Source: Lama guanicoe
Lineage: Eukaryota
Assembly (NCBI GenBank): GCA_013239625.1
Contig: MU053487.1
Span: 577,058-641,057, forward strand
Reading direction: 5' to 3'
Length of the DNA stretch: 64,000 nt
Position 1 is the first letter of the stretch, and each line of letters opens with the position of its first letter. This document shows positions 13,001-25,724 of this stretch, in pieces. The translations under genes and the position numbers were made by a program. A model generated the notes under the pieces. The model was not told the origin of the DNA and searched no databases. It was given only the letters and a program-made list of their open reading frames with translations.

Positions 13001-13359
13001 GAATATTCCCGTCCTGTGGTTCCGCAGGATGTGCGGGCTGCGGAGGAGGAAGAGTTATGAACGTTTCGGGGCCTGGGATTGAGATTCTCAGAGGCCTAGC
13101 CCTGCTGCTTTGTGGTGTGGGGCCTCGGGGCATTTATCCTGCAGACATCCGAGGGACCTGCCCAGGGCCGAGGAAGGCATGGACCCTGTCCTCAGGGAAC
13201 TTATGGCAGAGAAGTAGCCAGACGGTTGTAGCAAGGAGAGAAATACAGCGAAAGGGCTGTTGCAGCAGCGTTGGCCCAGATAGGATACCAGGCAGCAGGA
13301 GGTGTGCACAGGCATGGCGTGGGGGGATGAGTTGTGCTCTGCTGGATTGGAGCAGGTCA

Positions 13360-13840
13360 GAGAGGAAGAGCTTGTCCCTGACCACCCGCCAAAGGCACCA
13401 GGAACACACATGTAGTTGAAGTTGGGTTACGTGAAAGGACAACACGCACCCCAGGGAACCACGGAGGGCTGGTAAGAGGGGTTCAGAGGGGCTTCACAGA
13501 GGCTTTGGGCTCGTGTTTGCTGACTTGAGTACAGGGAAGTGGCAGTCTGTTCTGGGATGGTGTTCTTAGAAAGAGGGGCGATTTGGTGGCGGGGCATCTT
13601 ACTACTTTCAGTCGAGGAGGTGGGTGGAGATAGCCTTGGAAGGAAGGCATAGCGGCTCCTGTCAGCCTCGGCGGGGAGGTGTGGTCGTTGTCATGGCTGC
13701 ACAGTGTCTTTGTTCAGGTGTGATCTGGGGATGGTTATCACTTTTGTCCTGGAGTTCTTGACTGACATTGATAGTCTATGGAATTATTGATTTCACCAGG
13801 GGGATGGCACAGCCTAGCTGGTAGCAACAGGGCCAGTTAC
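13360..13840. mobile_element. Degenerate ERV solo LTR-like element (family uncertain)
   Basis: Length and motifs (gtagttgaagttgggtt...ccagggaaccacgg...gcctagctggtagcaacagggccag) resemble old eutherian LTRs. Confidence 0.4.
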
Positions 13841-14884
13841 TTGCTGAAAGTTCTCAAGGCTGTTTTAATTTTTCTCCAGATGCTTGGTCTGGGCACTAAA
13901 GGGTGAGTAGGAGTTTCCCAAAAAGGGCAGGTGTCCCCGGCAGGGAGAGGGCACGGCTGGAGGAGAGGGAGGGAGGCCTCGAGTGTCACAAGAGACTCTG
14001 GAGGCCAGAAGTGAGGGTGTGTGTGCGGAACAGGGGAGAAAGCCCCAGAGTCAGAGCTCGCCAGGTGGGGAGGGCGCGTGGGCCTGGCTGCGGAGCTTGG
14101 GCTGTATCCTTTGTCCACCTACACCTGAGCGTTCAGCTCAGAGCAGCTGATCAACAGATGTTTCCTGAATCGGGATGACCTTCATTTCCCCTGCACACGC
14201 TTCTTTCTTTCACACCACGTATGGCCATCAAAGCCGAAAGGAAAGCGACCTGAAGGAGGGCTGTCCCTCCAGGATCCAGATGTGCTTCTCTGACAGTAAC
14301 TCTTGGGCTACGAGGCACCGAGCTGGGAGGCTTCTCCTGGCACGTTTGGTCCACCTCCCTCCTTTCACTGAAGCCGCACATGGCAACGTGCTGGCTTGAG
14401 ATTCCACAGCATATTGTGAAAGGATGCAGACTTGACCTCACATCTCCTGCTGCCTTGTGTCTGCTCTCTCAGAGCTGTTCTAGACCAATGCTTACATGGC
14501 CCTCGTAAATCCTGGGGCTGCACATGGCTCGGCCACGGCAGAGACTCACCCCCCAACCCCCACACACAAAGAGAACTGAGGAGCCAGAGGTAACTGAGAA
14601 GGAATTATTCCATTGTTACAGGACTCTGTTGAAGAACCTCAAGGGGATATGATTCCTGGGCTATGGTAACACTCCCAAAGCCCTTTCCTCCTCTCCTCTC
14701 TTGGCTTCTCCAGGTGGCCTCTTGTGCCAACACCCAGACGGCTTCTCTAACCCCAGTCTGGGGCTGCATCTTCCCTTGGTCCTTCCTGCCTCTCATCTAG
14801 TTCTTTATTAGATGGATTGGCTTGTCCTCTCTGTCCACACCCTCCCTCCCTTCCTTCTGTTTCTGGCACCCATCCCGCTTTTAC

Positions 14885-15345
14885 ATCAGTCAGGGCTGTG
14901 TCTGGTTACATGTTACAGAAACCTCATCACTGTGGCTAAAACAAGTAAGAGGTTTCTGTTTCTCCCCAGAGGAAGTACATAGCAAGGTGGTCTGCGGCCG
15001 GTCCAACAGCCCCGCCTGCCTGTCTGCTCTGCCGTTTATGGGGTGTCACTTTCTTCTTCATTCTCACAGACGGCTGCTGCATCTTTAAGCATTGTGTTTG
15101 CATTCCAGACCTGACGAGGGGGAATGGCCAAAGGCAAAAGGTGTGTGTCTGCTGAGTGGTTTGTTTATATCAGGAAAACAGTTGCTTTCTTGGAAGCTCC
15201 ATCCAGCAGATTTCTACTTACATCTCATTGGCCAGAAATTGTCACTTGGGGAAGGAAGTGTACCTGTCACCTTGCAACCCTGGGGAAAAATAATCAAGGT
15301 TCTGGTAATGAGGAAGGGAAGGATAGATACTGGGTAAGAAGCTGG
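14885..15345 (-). mobile_element. MaLR LTR (MLT1K/L-like)
   Basis: cagtcagggctgtgtctggttacatgttacagaaacc...gtggctaaaacaagtaagagg...cagatttctacttacatctcattggccagaa. Confidence 0.7.
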
Positions 15346-16009
15346 TAAGGTCTGGTGTGCTTATCCTCTAGATTTTGCATTGCAAGAATTTGGGGGGCTG
15401 ATTTGGCAAAAACAGGCCTCTCGTCCATGTTGGATTAGGGGGAGAAGCTGATGGCGTAAAGTTGCCCATAAGGGAATGAATGAATTCTTAAATGAGCATG
15501 ACCAGTTCTAAACCCCGTCAATTTTCATTTTGCAAATTTTTAGTTTTTAAAAATAGGTTAGAAATATAAATAGACATGTAGGATATTTTGTGTATAGGAG
15601 ACTAAATATTTTTTCTTAATGCGTTATACTCAGCATTAGGGCTTTGCTCTGAGATATCTCAATTCCAAGAAGACAAGTTTCCAAATGCATTCTACTCTAA
15701 AAGATTAGAGTTGTTTTTTCTTATTATACACTAAAATTAAATGATCACAGAGAACAAAAACACCAAGCTCTTGGGACTATAATTTCAATTCTCATTTTTG
15801 TCATTGTGCACCTAGGCATTTGATGTTATTACAGTGGGTGCATACCAATTGGTAGTGATCTGTTTTTTTCCATTTACCATTTTGCTTTATAGACAGAGTT
15901 TTATGGACTGACCGTTCACATGGCTATTTTTAGTGACTGTCATATTCTGACATGCTATATAGCTCACTTAGCCATTCTCCTTTGATCAGGGGTTATTTAA
16001 AAAATATTT

Positions 16010-16430
16010 AACAACTGACATCTCATTGCGATCTGTGCTGGGGTCAGGTGGGTGGTTCTACTGGTCTGGATCGGGGTCAGTCCTGAACCTGTGGTCTGCT
16101 GCTGGTCAGATAGCCTGCTTCTGCGTGTTGCAGGGTCACCTGGTGTGAGGGAGGTGACTTGGCCGTATGTATTTCGTCTTCCCGAAGACTAGATGGAGCT
16201 TTTCACATAGCTGGACGGAGTTCCAAGAAAACAAGCAAAAAACATGTGAGGAATCCCAAGGCCTAGACTTGGAAGGGCACAGTGTCTTTTCTGCCACGGT
16301 TAATTGGCCAAAGGAAGTCCCAAGGTTAGCCTGAAGGACAAAAAAATAGACTCCACCTCTAGGTGGAAGATGCTGCAAAATCAAGCTGAAAAGACGTATG
16401 GATACAGGGAGAAAAATAATTTGGCTCTTT
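16010..16430 (-). mobile_element. MaLR LTR (MLT1G/H-like)
   Basis: gggtggttctactggtctgg...ttggccaaaggaagtcccaagg...atagactccacctctaggtggaagatgctgcaaaatc. Confidence 0.7.
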
Positions 16431-17187
16431 TTTTTTTTCTTAACAAAAAAAGCTACCATGCTGTTGTACAGCAGAGGGGCTGGCAGAATATCACTCTGTT
16501 GGGAATGAAGCGTTTATAGTGAGCGTTATTCAGGACATTACGTGTGTCGCTGCTGTTGTCATCTCATTCTTCCCGATGATTTTACTATTCTTGGTGTTAG
16601 ACAAATACTTACTAATGGAGCAGGGCTGGAAGAGGGTCACTCATTCAGGAATCATTTATTCAGCATCCCCCTGCACGAGGTCGGGGACACATTTGTTTGG
16701 AGCCCAGCAGGGAAGATACACAGCCGTGGACAGCACAGTGGGGAATGTGGTTTCTGCTTGTGTGAGTGTGTGTGTCTCTGCGTGTGTTGTGTACGATGAG
16801 GCAGCCCAGGGGTAGTGACTGGGTTTAGATGTGAAAAATGAGTTTGCCAGACAACGAATGTGGTAAAAAGTGCATCCCAGTTAGCCCGAGGCATTTCATC
16901 CAGATAATGAGGGTGCCCTGGGGCAGGGAGCAAGGCAGAGGGAGACTGGGCTGCAAAGCAGGCAAGATCCTAAGTGCCTTCAGCCTGCCTTTGGAGGCAG
17001 TGCAAGGCCACTGATGAACACACGTTGTATTGCAAGGACCTCACGATGGGCACTAAGGACGTGGATTTGACCAGTGCAGGCTGTTTGATTCCCTGCAGTT
17101 GGGAGTAGGTTCCTGTCTTAGAAGCAGAGGAAGAAACCCTTTTCTTTTCTGATCACACCTTGGTTCTCTGAGAAATAACACCAGAAG

Positions 17188-17468
17188 GAATAAACTTGGC
17201 CTCACTTCCCATCTTACATCAAGATAAGGTCTCGATGGATCAAAGATTTAAGTATTTAAAAAATCAAGTCATAAAGTATCAGTAGAAAATGTGAACATCG
17301 TTTTACTCTCAAAATGGGCAAGACGTTCCCAGAAGTCATAGTAAAAGAGATCAATGCATTTGATGACATAAAACAAAAACAGACGTAAGAAACACCTGTA
17401 TTGCAAAAAAAACACCATATGCAAAGTGAAAAAACCTAGCAAATTAGGAAAAAAAATATTTGCAAAGT
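17188..17468 (+). mobile_element. Old L1 (L1ME-like) ORF2 fragment, sense
   Basis: gatggatcaaagatttaag...tagaaaat...gggcaagac...aaaagagatcaatgcatttgatgacataaaa...aaatatttgcaa follows late L1 ORF2. Confidence 0.7.
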
Positions 17469-17747
17469 GGCAACCTTGCTATCTGGTTATTTAGTTTTCC
17501 TAATGTTATTTTGTTGAAAAAAATCTTTTTCTTACTGGTTCAAAATAACATCTTTATCATATGTTAAATGTTTATCTATTTATACACACATTTATTCATA
17601 GATATTTTGGGGGGCTTTAAATTCTGTTCCTTTCATCTATCTGTCCTTTCTTGTGCCAGCACCATATTAGCTAATTACTATAGTATTATAACATACTTTA
17701 ATATCTGGCAGTCTTCTCACACTGCTTTTAAAAGGAGACTTTCCTTA

Positions 17748-17881
17748 GTGGGTGAGGGTATAGCTCAGTGGTAGAGTGCATGCCTAGCATGCATGAGGTT
17801 CTGGGTTCGAACCCCACTGCCTCTACTGAAAAATAAAAAAAACTAATTACCACCTCCAACAAAAAAATTAATTATTAATTA
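17748..17881 (+). mobile_element. tRNA-Ala-derived camelid SINE (vic-1 type)
   Basis: tRNA-like head with A box TAGCTCAGTGG and B box GGTTCGAACCC, A-rich tail with ctaattacc core, TSD aaaaggagactttcctt / aaaaagagacttttctt. Confidence 0.9.
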
Positions 17882-18147
17882 AAAAAGAGACTTTTCTTTA
17901 AAAAGTTTGCTTATTTTATTTTGTTTTTACATATGAGGGATTTCCTATTTAAGAATATGGTACATCTTCCTATTACTGCACGTCCCTTTTTTGTGTGCAT
18001 CCCTCAGGGGTAATTTAAATTTTATTCACATCAATTTTGCACATCTTAGGTTATTTCTGTATAATTTATCCTTTTCGGTTATTACAAATGAGATATTTTC
18101 TTCCTTGGTAACTTCTAACTGGCTATTAAATTCGTTTTTCTTTTCTT

Positions 18148-18181
<34 letters not shown>
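18148..18181. repeat. (TG)n(TA)n compound microsatellite in an L1 tail
   Basis: Direct read. Confidence 0.9.
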
Positions 18182-18182
<1 letters not shown>

Positions 18183-18412
18183 AAGTATAGTCAGTTTACA
18201 ATGTTGTGTCAATTCCTGGTGCACAGCACAGTGCTTCAGTCACACATGAACATATATATATATATATTCATTTTCATATTCTTTTTCACCATAAGTTACA
18301 AGATATCGAATATAGTTCCCTGTGCTATACAGTATAAACTTGTTGTTTATCTGTCTATATGTATCAGTTAGTCTCTGCAAATCTCTAACTCCCAATTTAT
18401 CCCTTCCCACCC
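18181..18412 (-). mobile_element. 5'-truncated cetartiodactyl-type L1 3' end
   Basis: aagtatagtcagtttacaatgttgtgtcaatt...aatatagttccctgtgctatacagta...ctcccaatttatcccttcccaccc. Confidence 0.9.
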
Positions 18413-18759
18413 TAAATTCTTTATATTAATTTTGTATCCATCCAACCTACAAAAATTTGTACTGTTTGCAGTAGATTTTCTCTCGGACTTTTATTCGCTG
18501 ATAATCGTACCAATGACTGATACTGATAAGTTTGCCTCCACTTTTAAATCTCTCTGTATTTTACAGTTCTGTTTATGTTTGATTGCACTGTTTACTATTT
18601 CCAGCACCATGTTAACTAAAAAGGGTGACAGTGGACATTCTTGTTTATTGCTGGCTCTCACGGGAGTGCTTCTTGTGTCTTCCCAATAAACATGAGGCTG
18701 GTTTAAGAAACTGAGGGAGACGTGTCTATTACATTAGGGAAGCATTCATCATTAGCAGC

Positions 18760-19370
18760 CTCTGGTAGAGCCAGTTCCTTCCTCTAGCCAAGCATCTGTG
18801 TGTGCCTTTTCCCTGTGTAGAACTTCCTCATCCCCTAAAGGGGACAGAGTCCCATTTGGGTTTCTATCTGGCTGAAGGGCCAGGATCTCAGGGTGACGCA
18901 CAGTCCTGTCCATCGGGTCTAGACAGTCTTCCTTTGGTTTGGTGGTCTTGAAGCTGAAAGGAAAATGATCTAATCACAGCATGGCTGATATGACTCAGGA
19001 GACGCGGGATAATCACAACAGGAGCTCCATGTTGAAAAGGGAAAACGGGAAATACTCTCGACATTGGTCCATGGCAGAGATGACGCTGGCTCTGGCAAAC
19101 CTTCCCTTTTCTGGCTGTAGAACACATTTCATGGTTAGTCCATTTGGACCACCTCTTTCTGCTCTCTGGGAAGAATTCACTTTCCCTGAAATTCCCAGCT
19201 TTGCCTGGGGGAAAGTTTCTTCCTTGTCTTTTATTCTTCAAGTCTTTAAAAGCCCTGGACTCCCGGTCAATTTTGACTGCTGGCCACAGAAAGGAAGTAC
19301 CTCTCTGAGCAGAGTTATGTCCCCTTCCATCTCTGTGACTGGCTCTAGATTGAGTTAACCTCTCTTGTAA
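18760..19370. mobile_element. MaLR internal (MLT1-int-like) fragment
   Basis: ggataatcacaacaggagctccatgttgaaaagggaaaacgggaaatac...cattggtccatggcag resembles recalled MLT-int sequence. Confidence 0.4.
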
Positions 19371-20399
19371 TGTTGGGTAGGGGGAAAAAAGCAGCTAAAG
19401 CTCATCCAAGTTTGGAAATTTCCACAATGCTTCACCTCCACTGACAGGCTGTCTGTCTTCCAAGACATCACCAGTGATGGTTTAACTGCGAGCTTTGTAT
19501 GGAATGATGAGTCACCAGATCACCAGCCTGAGAGACCGTATTTTATGTGAGAAAGTGACGGCTGGATGTCTCTTACTCAACAATGTTAAAATGTAAAAAA
19601 TGGCCCATGGCGACTGTAATGTGCCCTCAATTGTAAGTTGAAAATCAATTTCAGAATTGTTACAATGGGGCTTTTTGGGAAAGAACCCTAGGTTGTTAGT
19701 GCTTGCGTTCCTTCGGGATTCAGGATAACTTGATTTGGGGAGAGAAGAGGAGCCTAACTTTGCAGTTAACGCTTGGTGTTTTGGGGTCCTTTATTTGGCA
19801 GGGAGCATTGGTAAAGTGAGTGATACACTATTTTTGGAAGATAAGCCTGGGCAGCTTGAACATGTTTGGGCACAGTGCTTGACCCTAGAACCGCACCTTA
19901 AAAACCGGCAGAGTGATAGCATGTTCTGTGGCCAAGGGGCCCACTGAAATTTCTAAGGAATTCCAGGCGACACGAGTGTGGGCAGGTCAGTTAGGACAGT
20001 GCTGGGAGGCCCGCAGACCCTTCTAGGTCTCCTGTGAGCTGGAAACTTGTCATAATGACACTAGGATATACTTGGCCTTTTTTTTTAAACCATCCTGAAG
20101 GTCTTTTCTAAAACTGGATTTTCTAACAGTGAGTGGAAAGCAGATGCCCATGAGAACCTAGACGTCCCATTAAAGAGATCCATGTCAGTTCCTAATGTAT
20201 TCATAAATTATAATAAAGATGATTATATATTTAAAGAAAGAATTGTTAAAATGGGCAGGAACGTGCACCTCAGATGTACTGAAATGCCACGTCTGCACCC
20301 TGCACCCGCTGTCCTGCCAGCCCCTCTTGGACAGTGTCACATTTCTGCTTTGTTACCTGAGGCTCCCCGCCTGCGGGTGCCAAATTCTGTTTAAATTCA

Positions 20400-20720
20400 G
20401 ATGAATTGTTGTTGCTCTGTCATCTTCAAAGTCCCTTTTCCACTTGTGGTCCAAGATAGCTGCTTCCTCACCGGGATCCTGGAGCACTTTTCCAACAGCA
20501 GGAAGGAGGGAAGGGAATGCAGTGGACATTTCCTTTTCCTGTAAGTCTGTGTCTAGGAAGATGCTCAGACCACGTCTGCTTATATCCCACCGTGTGGAAC
20601 TTAGTTACAGAGTCACACCTCACCGGGAGAGTGTGGTTTTATTCCAGGTAGCCAAGTCCCCAGCGAATATTCAGGCGTTCAATTACTGTAGAAGGAAAGT
20701 ATGAAACCTGGGGACAACTG
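20400..20720 (-). mobile_element. MaLR LTR fragment (MLT1K/J-like)
   Basis: gtggtccaagatagctgct...ttccaacagcaggaaggagggaaggg...tctgcttatatcccacc...aacttagttaca. Confidence 0.55.
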
Positions 20721-22229
20721 TTTCTAAAGATTTATAAGATAATCTGTAAAATATTTCCTCTTTTTATTAAGAGTGAAATCAGCCTAAGAATGTACATAAT
20801 TTCATTAAATGCTTTTTAAGCGTCTCTGGAGGTGGTTAACCCCCAGCCCCGGACTCAGTTTGGGCTCCATGTCCTACAGCGCAGGACACAGGCTGCCCCT
20901 CTGAACCCCACAGCAGCTGTGCAGAGCAGAAGCATGTTTCGTCTTTGTGATCCCTGCGGACCCAGGGAGAGAGGACAGGGCTCACGTTTGCTTTGCTCAC
21001 CACTGGGAGCCTCGCACCTATTACAGAGCCTGGCGTAGAGTGGGTGCTCAGTGAATTCCCAAAGAATAAAGGAGTGAATGAGCAGTTGTGGGTGTGGTTT
21101 CGAAAGAAAATAGCGAACATCTCTCTGCTCACCGCCGCCTGGCCCTCGCTCCCTCCCACACACACGGCAGTTCTGATGAGACAGGGACCAGGACAGGAGG
21201 GTGGCTCCTGGTGGGAAGGCTGCAGCTTCCAGGCCCACCTCCCGGGGTCTGTGTGGACATGAGGAGCTTTGAATTAATGGTGGAAGGGAGCCAGCAGACC
21301 CTCTGCAGACAGCTCTGGGTCAAGGGCACGGAGCCGTCGGCAGGGCCAGGCTGCGAGGCCATTAGCGCCAGGAGACAGGGCCCGCTGGGCCAGCCCTGGC
21401 CAATTACCGGGAGTGCAGGTGGCGGGAAGGTGCGCTCAGGTTCACTCGAGTCCCAGCCTGCTGGCGTGTTATCTAATGCAGCAGGCCCAGCGCGACCCTC
21501 CTGCCTTTTGGAGCAGAGAGACGCCATTTAGCATTTTTGGACTCTGGCAGAAGCAGCAAACTGGGCTGAGGAATCTTTTCTTGCCAGCTCATTAAGGACT
21601 AGGCTGGAGCCTCAGGAAACCTGCAAACTCAGGCCACTTAGCAGGAGAGAAGACCCACAGGCATTTCCTCGTCTGCAGGGACTCTCGCTTCTTTATGGCA
21701 TCCCTCTTGCTCTCTTGGGGAGGGCTCCTCGGGAGGTTGGAGGAAAGAGGGTAGGTGGGGTGGGAGGGAGAGGACAGGGGACAGAGGCTGCCTCCCTGAA
21801 GTCTCAGTGTCTCCCCCGCTTTCTCAGAGACCCCGGGTCTGAGGGGCTGTGTTCCTGCAGCTGTAGACCTCCTCTGAGTCTGGGATGTCCTTGCACTGGG
21901 TTGGTTCAGTGTGACCAGCATTTACGGGATTTCTGCTGCATTCCAGGCCCTGTGCTGGGCTCTGGAGGCGTGTGCAGCACACTTGTGGAGATCAGACAGG
22001 TAGGCAGGTACCTTCAAAGTGAAGACACACGGGCAATGATAGAGGCATGTCCCTGACGGCAGGTGTATCCAGGAGAGGCTGGTTGGGCTGGGGGCAGGTA
22101 TCTGGGAAGCTCCTAGGGGAATAATGCTTGGCAGGTGGACAAGGGCGTTCCAAACAGAAAAGTCACAGAGGCTCCAAACAGCATGGCACACTTTGAGATC
22201 TACCATATGGCCGTGCTACTCTGGGTGAA

Positions 22230-22695
22230 GGGGTACTGCTTGCTTGCCAAGTGCCAGGGAACATTTGAAGTGTTTTATCTGCTCTTTCCGTCCTCACAGT
22301 ATCTCTGAGAGGGAAGAACCATGGTCCCATCTCACAGTTCAGGGACTGGGGCCAGGAAGGTTAAGTGATACAGCCAAGATTCACTGCTGATCAGTAGTTA
22401 ATAAGGGGTGGACCAGGCTGGTTGGACTTAAAGCCCGTAGTGTTGATGATGACGACAGCAAGCATCTTGGGACACTGGTTAACACTCATCGTGTTCTCAC
22501 CACATGCCAGGCGCTGCGCTAAGCATTATTTCAGTTAATTCTCAACACATGCAGGTCCACCGTGTTTTATCCCCACCTGCCAGATGAGGACTCCGGTGGA
22601 TGGTTAAGTCACTTGCCCTGGGAGAGAAGCTGGTAACCAGCAGGGGAAGATTTGCTCCCAGGCAGCCTTAAGGTGAAACCCGTGCTCTTAACCAC
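22230..22695 (-). mobile_element. Two MIR SINE fragments
   Basis: cccatctcacagttcagggactggggccaggaaggttaagtga and cagatgaggactccggtggatggttaagtcacttgccc. Confidence 0.65.
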
Positions 22696-23242
22696 TGTCC
22701 ATTTCCTGGCGTCCTTTCCTGGGACGGCGGAGTGAGGAAAGGGGCGTCTGCAGAGGCAGGCAGATGGGCCCCGGACCCTGGAGCACCTTGTGCACAGCAC
22801 ATAGGCCGGCGGGCCATGCGGTGGGGCAGTCGGGGAGAGGGGAATGCCGGCTGCAAGGCCCCACGGCTGCAGCAGGAGCCTGCTTTGGAAGGGCAGCCCC
22901 AGGGTCTCCTCCATCAGTCCAGCTGGAGTCCAGGCGCCTTGAATTTTATATTTTTTCTCTCATTGGACTGGCAAGATCTTTCGGGGTTGGGGCAGTGCCA
23001 TTTACTTCTCTGTGGTATATTCAGAGGCTGTGTGGTCACATCATGATCACATCACGATGTAACGATCAGATGACTGCCCTGGGGGAAGGAACCACCCTCA
23101 CTGCTCAGGTTGCCCCTGGATGGCTTGGTCCCCAGTGCCCTCTGTCCATTGAGACTTGTGCTTCCTGAGCTGGCGCCTCAGCCCACGAGCCTGCTCCTCC
23201 CTGTCTCTGTGTCTCCATCACCGGCAGCACCAGTGATATCAG

Positions 23243-23696
23243 TGTGATGGTTAATTTTATGTGCCAATGTGACTGGGCCACAGGCTGCCCAGATGTTTGT
23301 TTAAACATCCCGGATGTTTCTGCAAGGGTGTTTTTGGATGATACTAACATTTTAATTGGTAGAGTAACACAGATTGCCCTCCCTGTAGGTGGGCCCCACT
23401 GAGCAAGCTGAAGGTCTGAGTAGAACAAAAGGATGGACCCTTCCCCAAGTGAAAGAAAATTCTCCAGCAGTTTGTTTTTGGACTTAATCTGCACCATGGG
23501 CTCTCCTGGGTCTCAAGCTTGCCTGCTCACACTGCAGATTTGTACTGTAGTCCTCATAATTGCATGAGCCAATTCCTTATATATGTGTGTATTTATATAT
23601 ATACATGTGTATGTGTGTATGTATGTGTGTGTGTGTATATATATATATATACACATCCTATTAATTCTGTTTCTCTGGAGCAGCCAGGCTAATACA
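23243..23696 (+). mobile_element. ERVL solo LTR (MLT2C/D-like) with internal (TA/TG)n
   Basis: Starts tgtgatggttaattttatgtg and ends ttctgtttctctggagcagccaggctaataca, the typical MLT2 termini. Confidence 0.9.
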
Positions 23697-24040
23697 GTTG
23701 TCTTCCCAGTTGCTCAAGCAGAAATGGAGGAGGAAAAGGAGCCTCATTCCCTCCGGCACTGGATCTCAGTCAGTCACCAAGCCCTGTTGCTATCACTTCC
23801 TGAAGAGCTGCCATGTGCATCCACTTCTCATCACATCACTGCCGCCTCCTCCTCCAGGCAGGCATCACCTCCCCGTGGGTGACAGCAGTACCCATCAACT
23901 GGTCTCTGAGCTAGTCCTGCCCCTTCTCCCCACAGTGTTTACACAGCAGGCAGAGGGGTTTTTTTTGCAAAGGCACGTCTCACCCTGTTACTCAGCTATT
24001 AAATCCCCTCAAAGATTTCCCATGGTTCTCAGGATAAGGG

Positions 24041-25299
24041 TGTGGTATCAGCTGACTTTGCTAACAAATTATGCCAAACACAGTGGCCTAAACTGACAGG
24101 CATTTGTGGCTTACGCTTGGTGACCTGGTCTGGGCTCACCTGGGTGGTTCTTCTGGGCTTGTCTGGGCTCACCTGTGAATCTGGGGTTAGCTGGCGGGGC
24201 AGCCGGGAGCTGGCTGGGCTAGGAGGGAGGGACAGCTTGGATGGCTGGACTTTGCTCCACGTACTCTCCCATGCTCCAGGATCTGGGAAGTGTTATTTTT
24301 TAAAAACTTTATTTATTTTATTGATGTATGGTTGATTTACAATGTTGTGTTAGTTTCTGGTGTACAGCATAGTGATTCAGTATATATATATATATTTTTT
24401 CCAGATTCTTTTCCATTATGGGTTATTGCAAGATATTGAATATAGTTCCCTGTACTGTACAGTAGGTCCTTGTTGTTTATCTATTTTATATATAGTAGTG
24501 TGTATATGTTAACCCCAAATTCCTAATTTGTCCCTCTCTTTCCCCCTTTCCCTCTTTGGTAATCACAGTTCATTTTCTATGTCTGTGAGTCTACTTCCAG
24601 TTTGTAGATAAGTTCATTTGTATCATTTTTTCAGATTCCACCTATAAGTGATATCATATGAGATTTGTCTTTACCTGACTTACTTCACTTAGTATGATCA
24701 TTTCTAGGTCTATCTGTGTTGCTGCAAATGGCATTGTTTCATTCTTGTTTATAGCTGAGTAGTATTCCATTGTGTGTATGTACCACATTTTCTTTAATCA
24801 TCTTTGGATGGATATTTAGGTTGCTTCCATATCTTGGGTATTGTAAATAGTGCTGCTATGAACATTAGGGTGCATGTATCTTTTCAAATTATCCATTTTC
24901 TCTAGATTGTGTACAGGAGTGGAAATTTTAGCTTTTTAAGGAATCTCCACACTGTTCTCCATAGTGGCTGCACTAAACTACATTCCCACCAACACTGTAG
25001 AAGGGTTCCTTTTTCTCCACACCCTCTCCAGTATTTATGGAAAGGAAATATATATGGGAATATATATTTTCTAAGAGAAAGAGAGAGGAGAAGCTGAAAG
25101 GCACTTAGAAGCCCAGGCTCAGAATGGGGACACCACTTCCTCTGCATTCTTTGGGCTCATACAAGAGAAAAATCCAGCTCAACTTCAAAGGATGGGGAAC
25201 TGGATTCCACTTCTTGATGGAAGGAGCTGCAAAATCACATTGCAAAGGGGCTAAATCCAGGTAGGAGAATAATTGTAGCCATTTTTGCAACTGACCACA
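24041..25299 (-). mobile_element. MaLR LTR (MLT1G/H-like) interrupted by L1
   Basis: aacaaattatgccaaacacagtggcctaaac...ctgggctcacc; after the L1, ttccacttcttgatggaaggagctgcaaaatcacattgcaaagggg...gccatttttgcaa...accaca. Confidence 0.8.
24294..25037 (-). mobile_element. 5'-truncated L1 (ORF2 C-terminus plus 3' UTR)
   Basis: ORF 24902..25147(-) contains [35 protein letters not shown], the L1 ORF2p C-terminal Cys-rich motif; poly-T tail at left. Confidence 0.95.
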
Positions 25300-25724
25300 G
25301 CCCCAAACCCTTACCCTGGCCTATATAGTTCTTTGTGATTTGGTCCCCGGCTTCCTCTCCAGTCTTACCTACTCCTTGCCCTCTCCTTCTTGGCATTCCA
25401 GCCCCAAAGTCCTCCTTTCAGTCCCCTACCTTGTCAAATTCTTTCCACACCAGAGACTATGCACATGCTGATCCTTTTGCCTAAATTCTGTTCCTTCATT
25501 CAGCTAGACAGCTTGTCCTCATCTTTCAGGTCTCAGATCAAATGTTGCTTCTTTGGGAAAATCTTCATTGACAAAACTGGGCTAACGATGTCAGATTCTC
25601 TAGTTCTAAGTTCCCAGTGCATGTCATTCTTTTCTCAGTAGCTCTTAGAAGAGTTGGAATTAATTATTACTTTGAATGTTTGTGTAATATCTGTCTCCTA
25701 GACTGTGGACTCCATGGACTTTAA

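Larger units (their letters stand above)
17480..18740 (-). mobile_element. Old L1 (L1ME-like) ORF2 fragment, antisense, interrupted by a SINE and a younger L1
   Basis: attctgttcctttcatctatctgtcctttcttgtgccagcacc...taattactatag...atatctggcag and ccagcaccatgttaactaaaaagggtgacagtggacattcttg match antisense L1 ORF2. Confidence 0.75.
23160..25715 (+). mobile_element. L2 LINE 3' portion, split by MLT2, MLT1 and L1 insertions
   Basis: Collinear L2 pieces at ~23160-23242, 23697-24040 (cccagttgctcaagc...ttcccatggttctcaggataag) and 25300-25715 (ccccaaacccttaccctggcc...ctagactgtggactccatgg). Confidence 0.7.

Noticed and set aside
17754..17825. Functional tRNA-Ala gene
   Set aside because: It has a SINE tail and TSD, sits inside an L1, has stem mismatches, and a diverged sister copy lies at 28.4 kb.
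21749..21768. G-quadruplex-like motifs here and at 62753-62776
   Set aside because: Common in mammalian DNA and not linked to any feature here.
24902..25147. ORF with [14 protein letters not shown] motif as a zinc-finger gene
   Set aside because: It is the decayed L1 ORF2p C-terminus within a truncated insertion.
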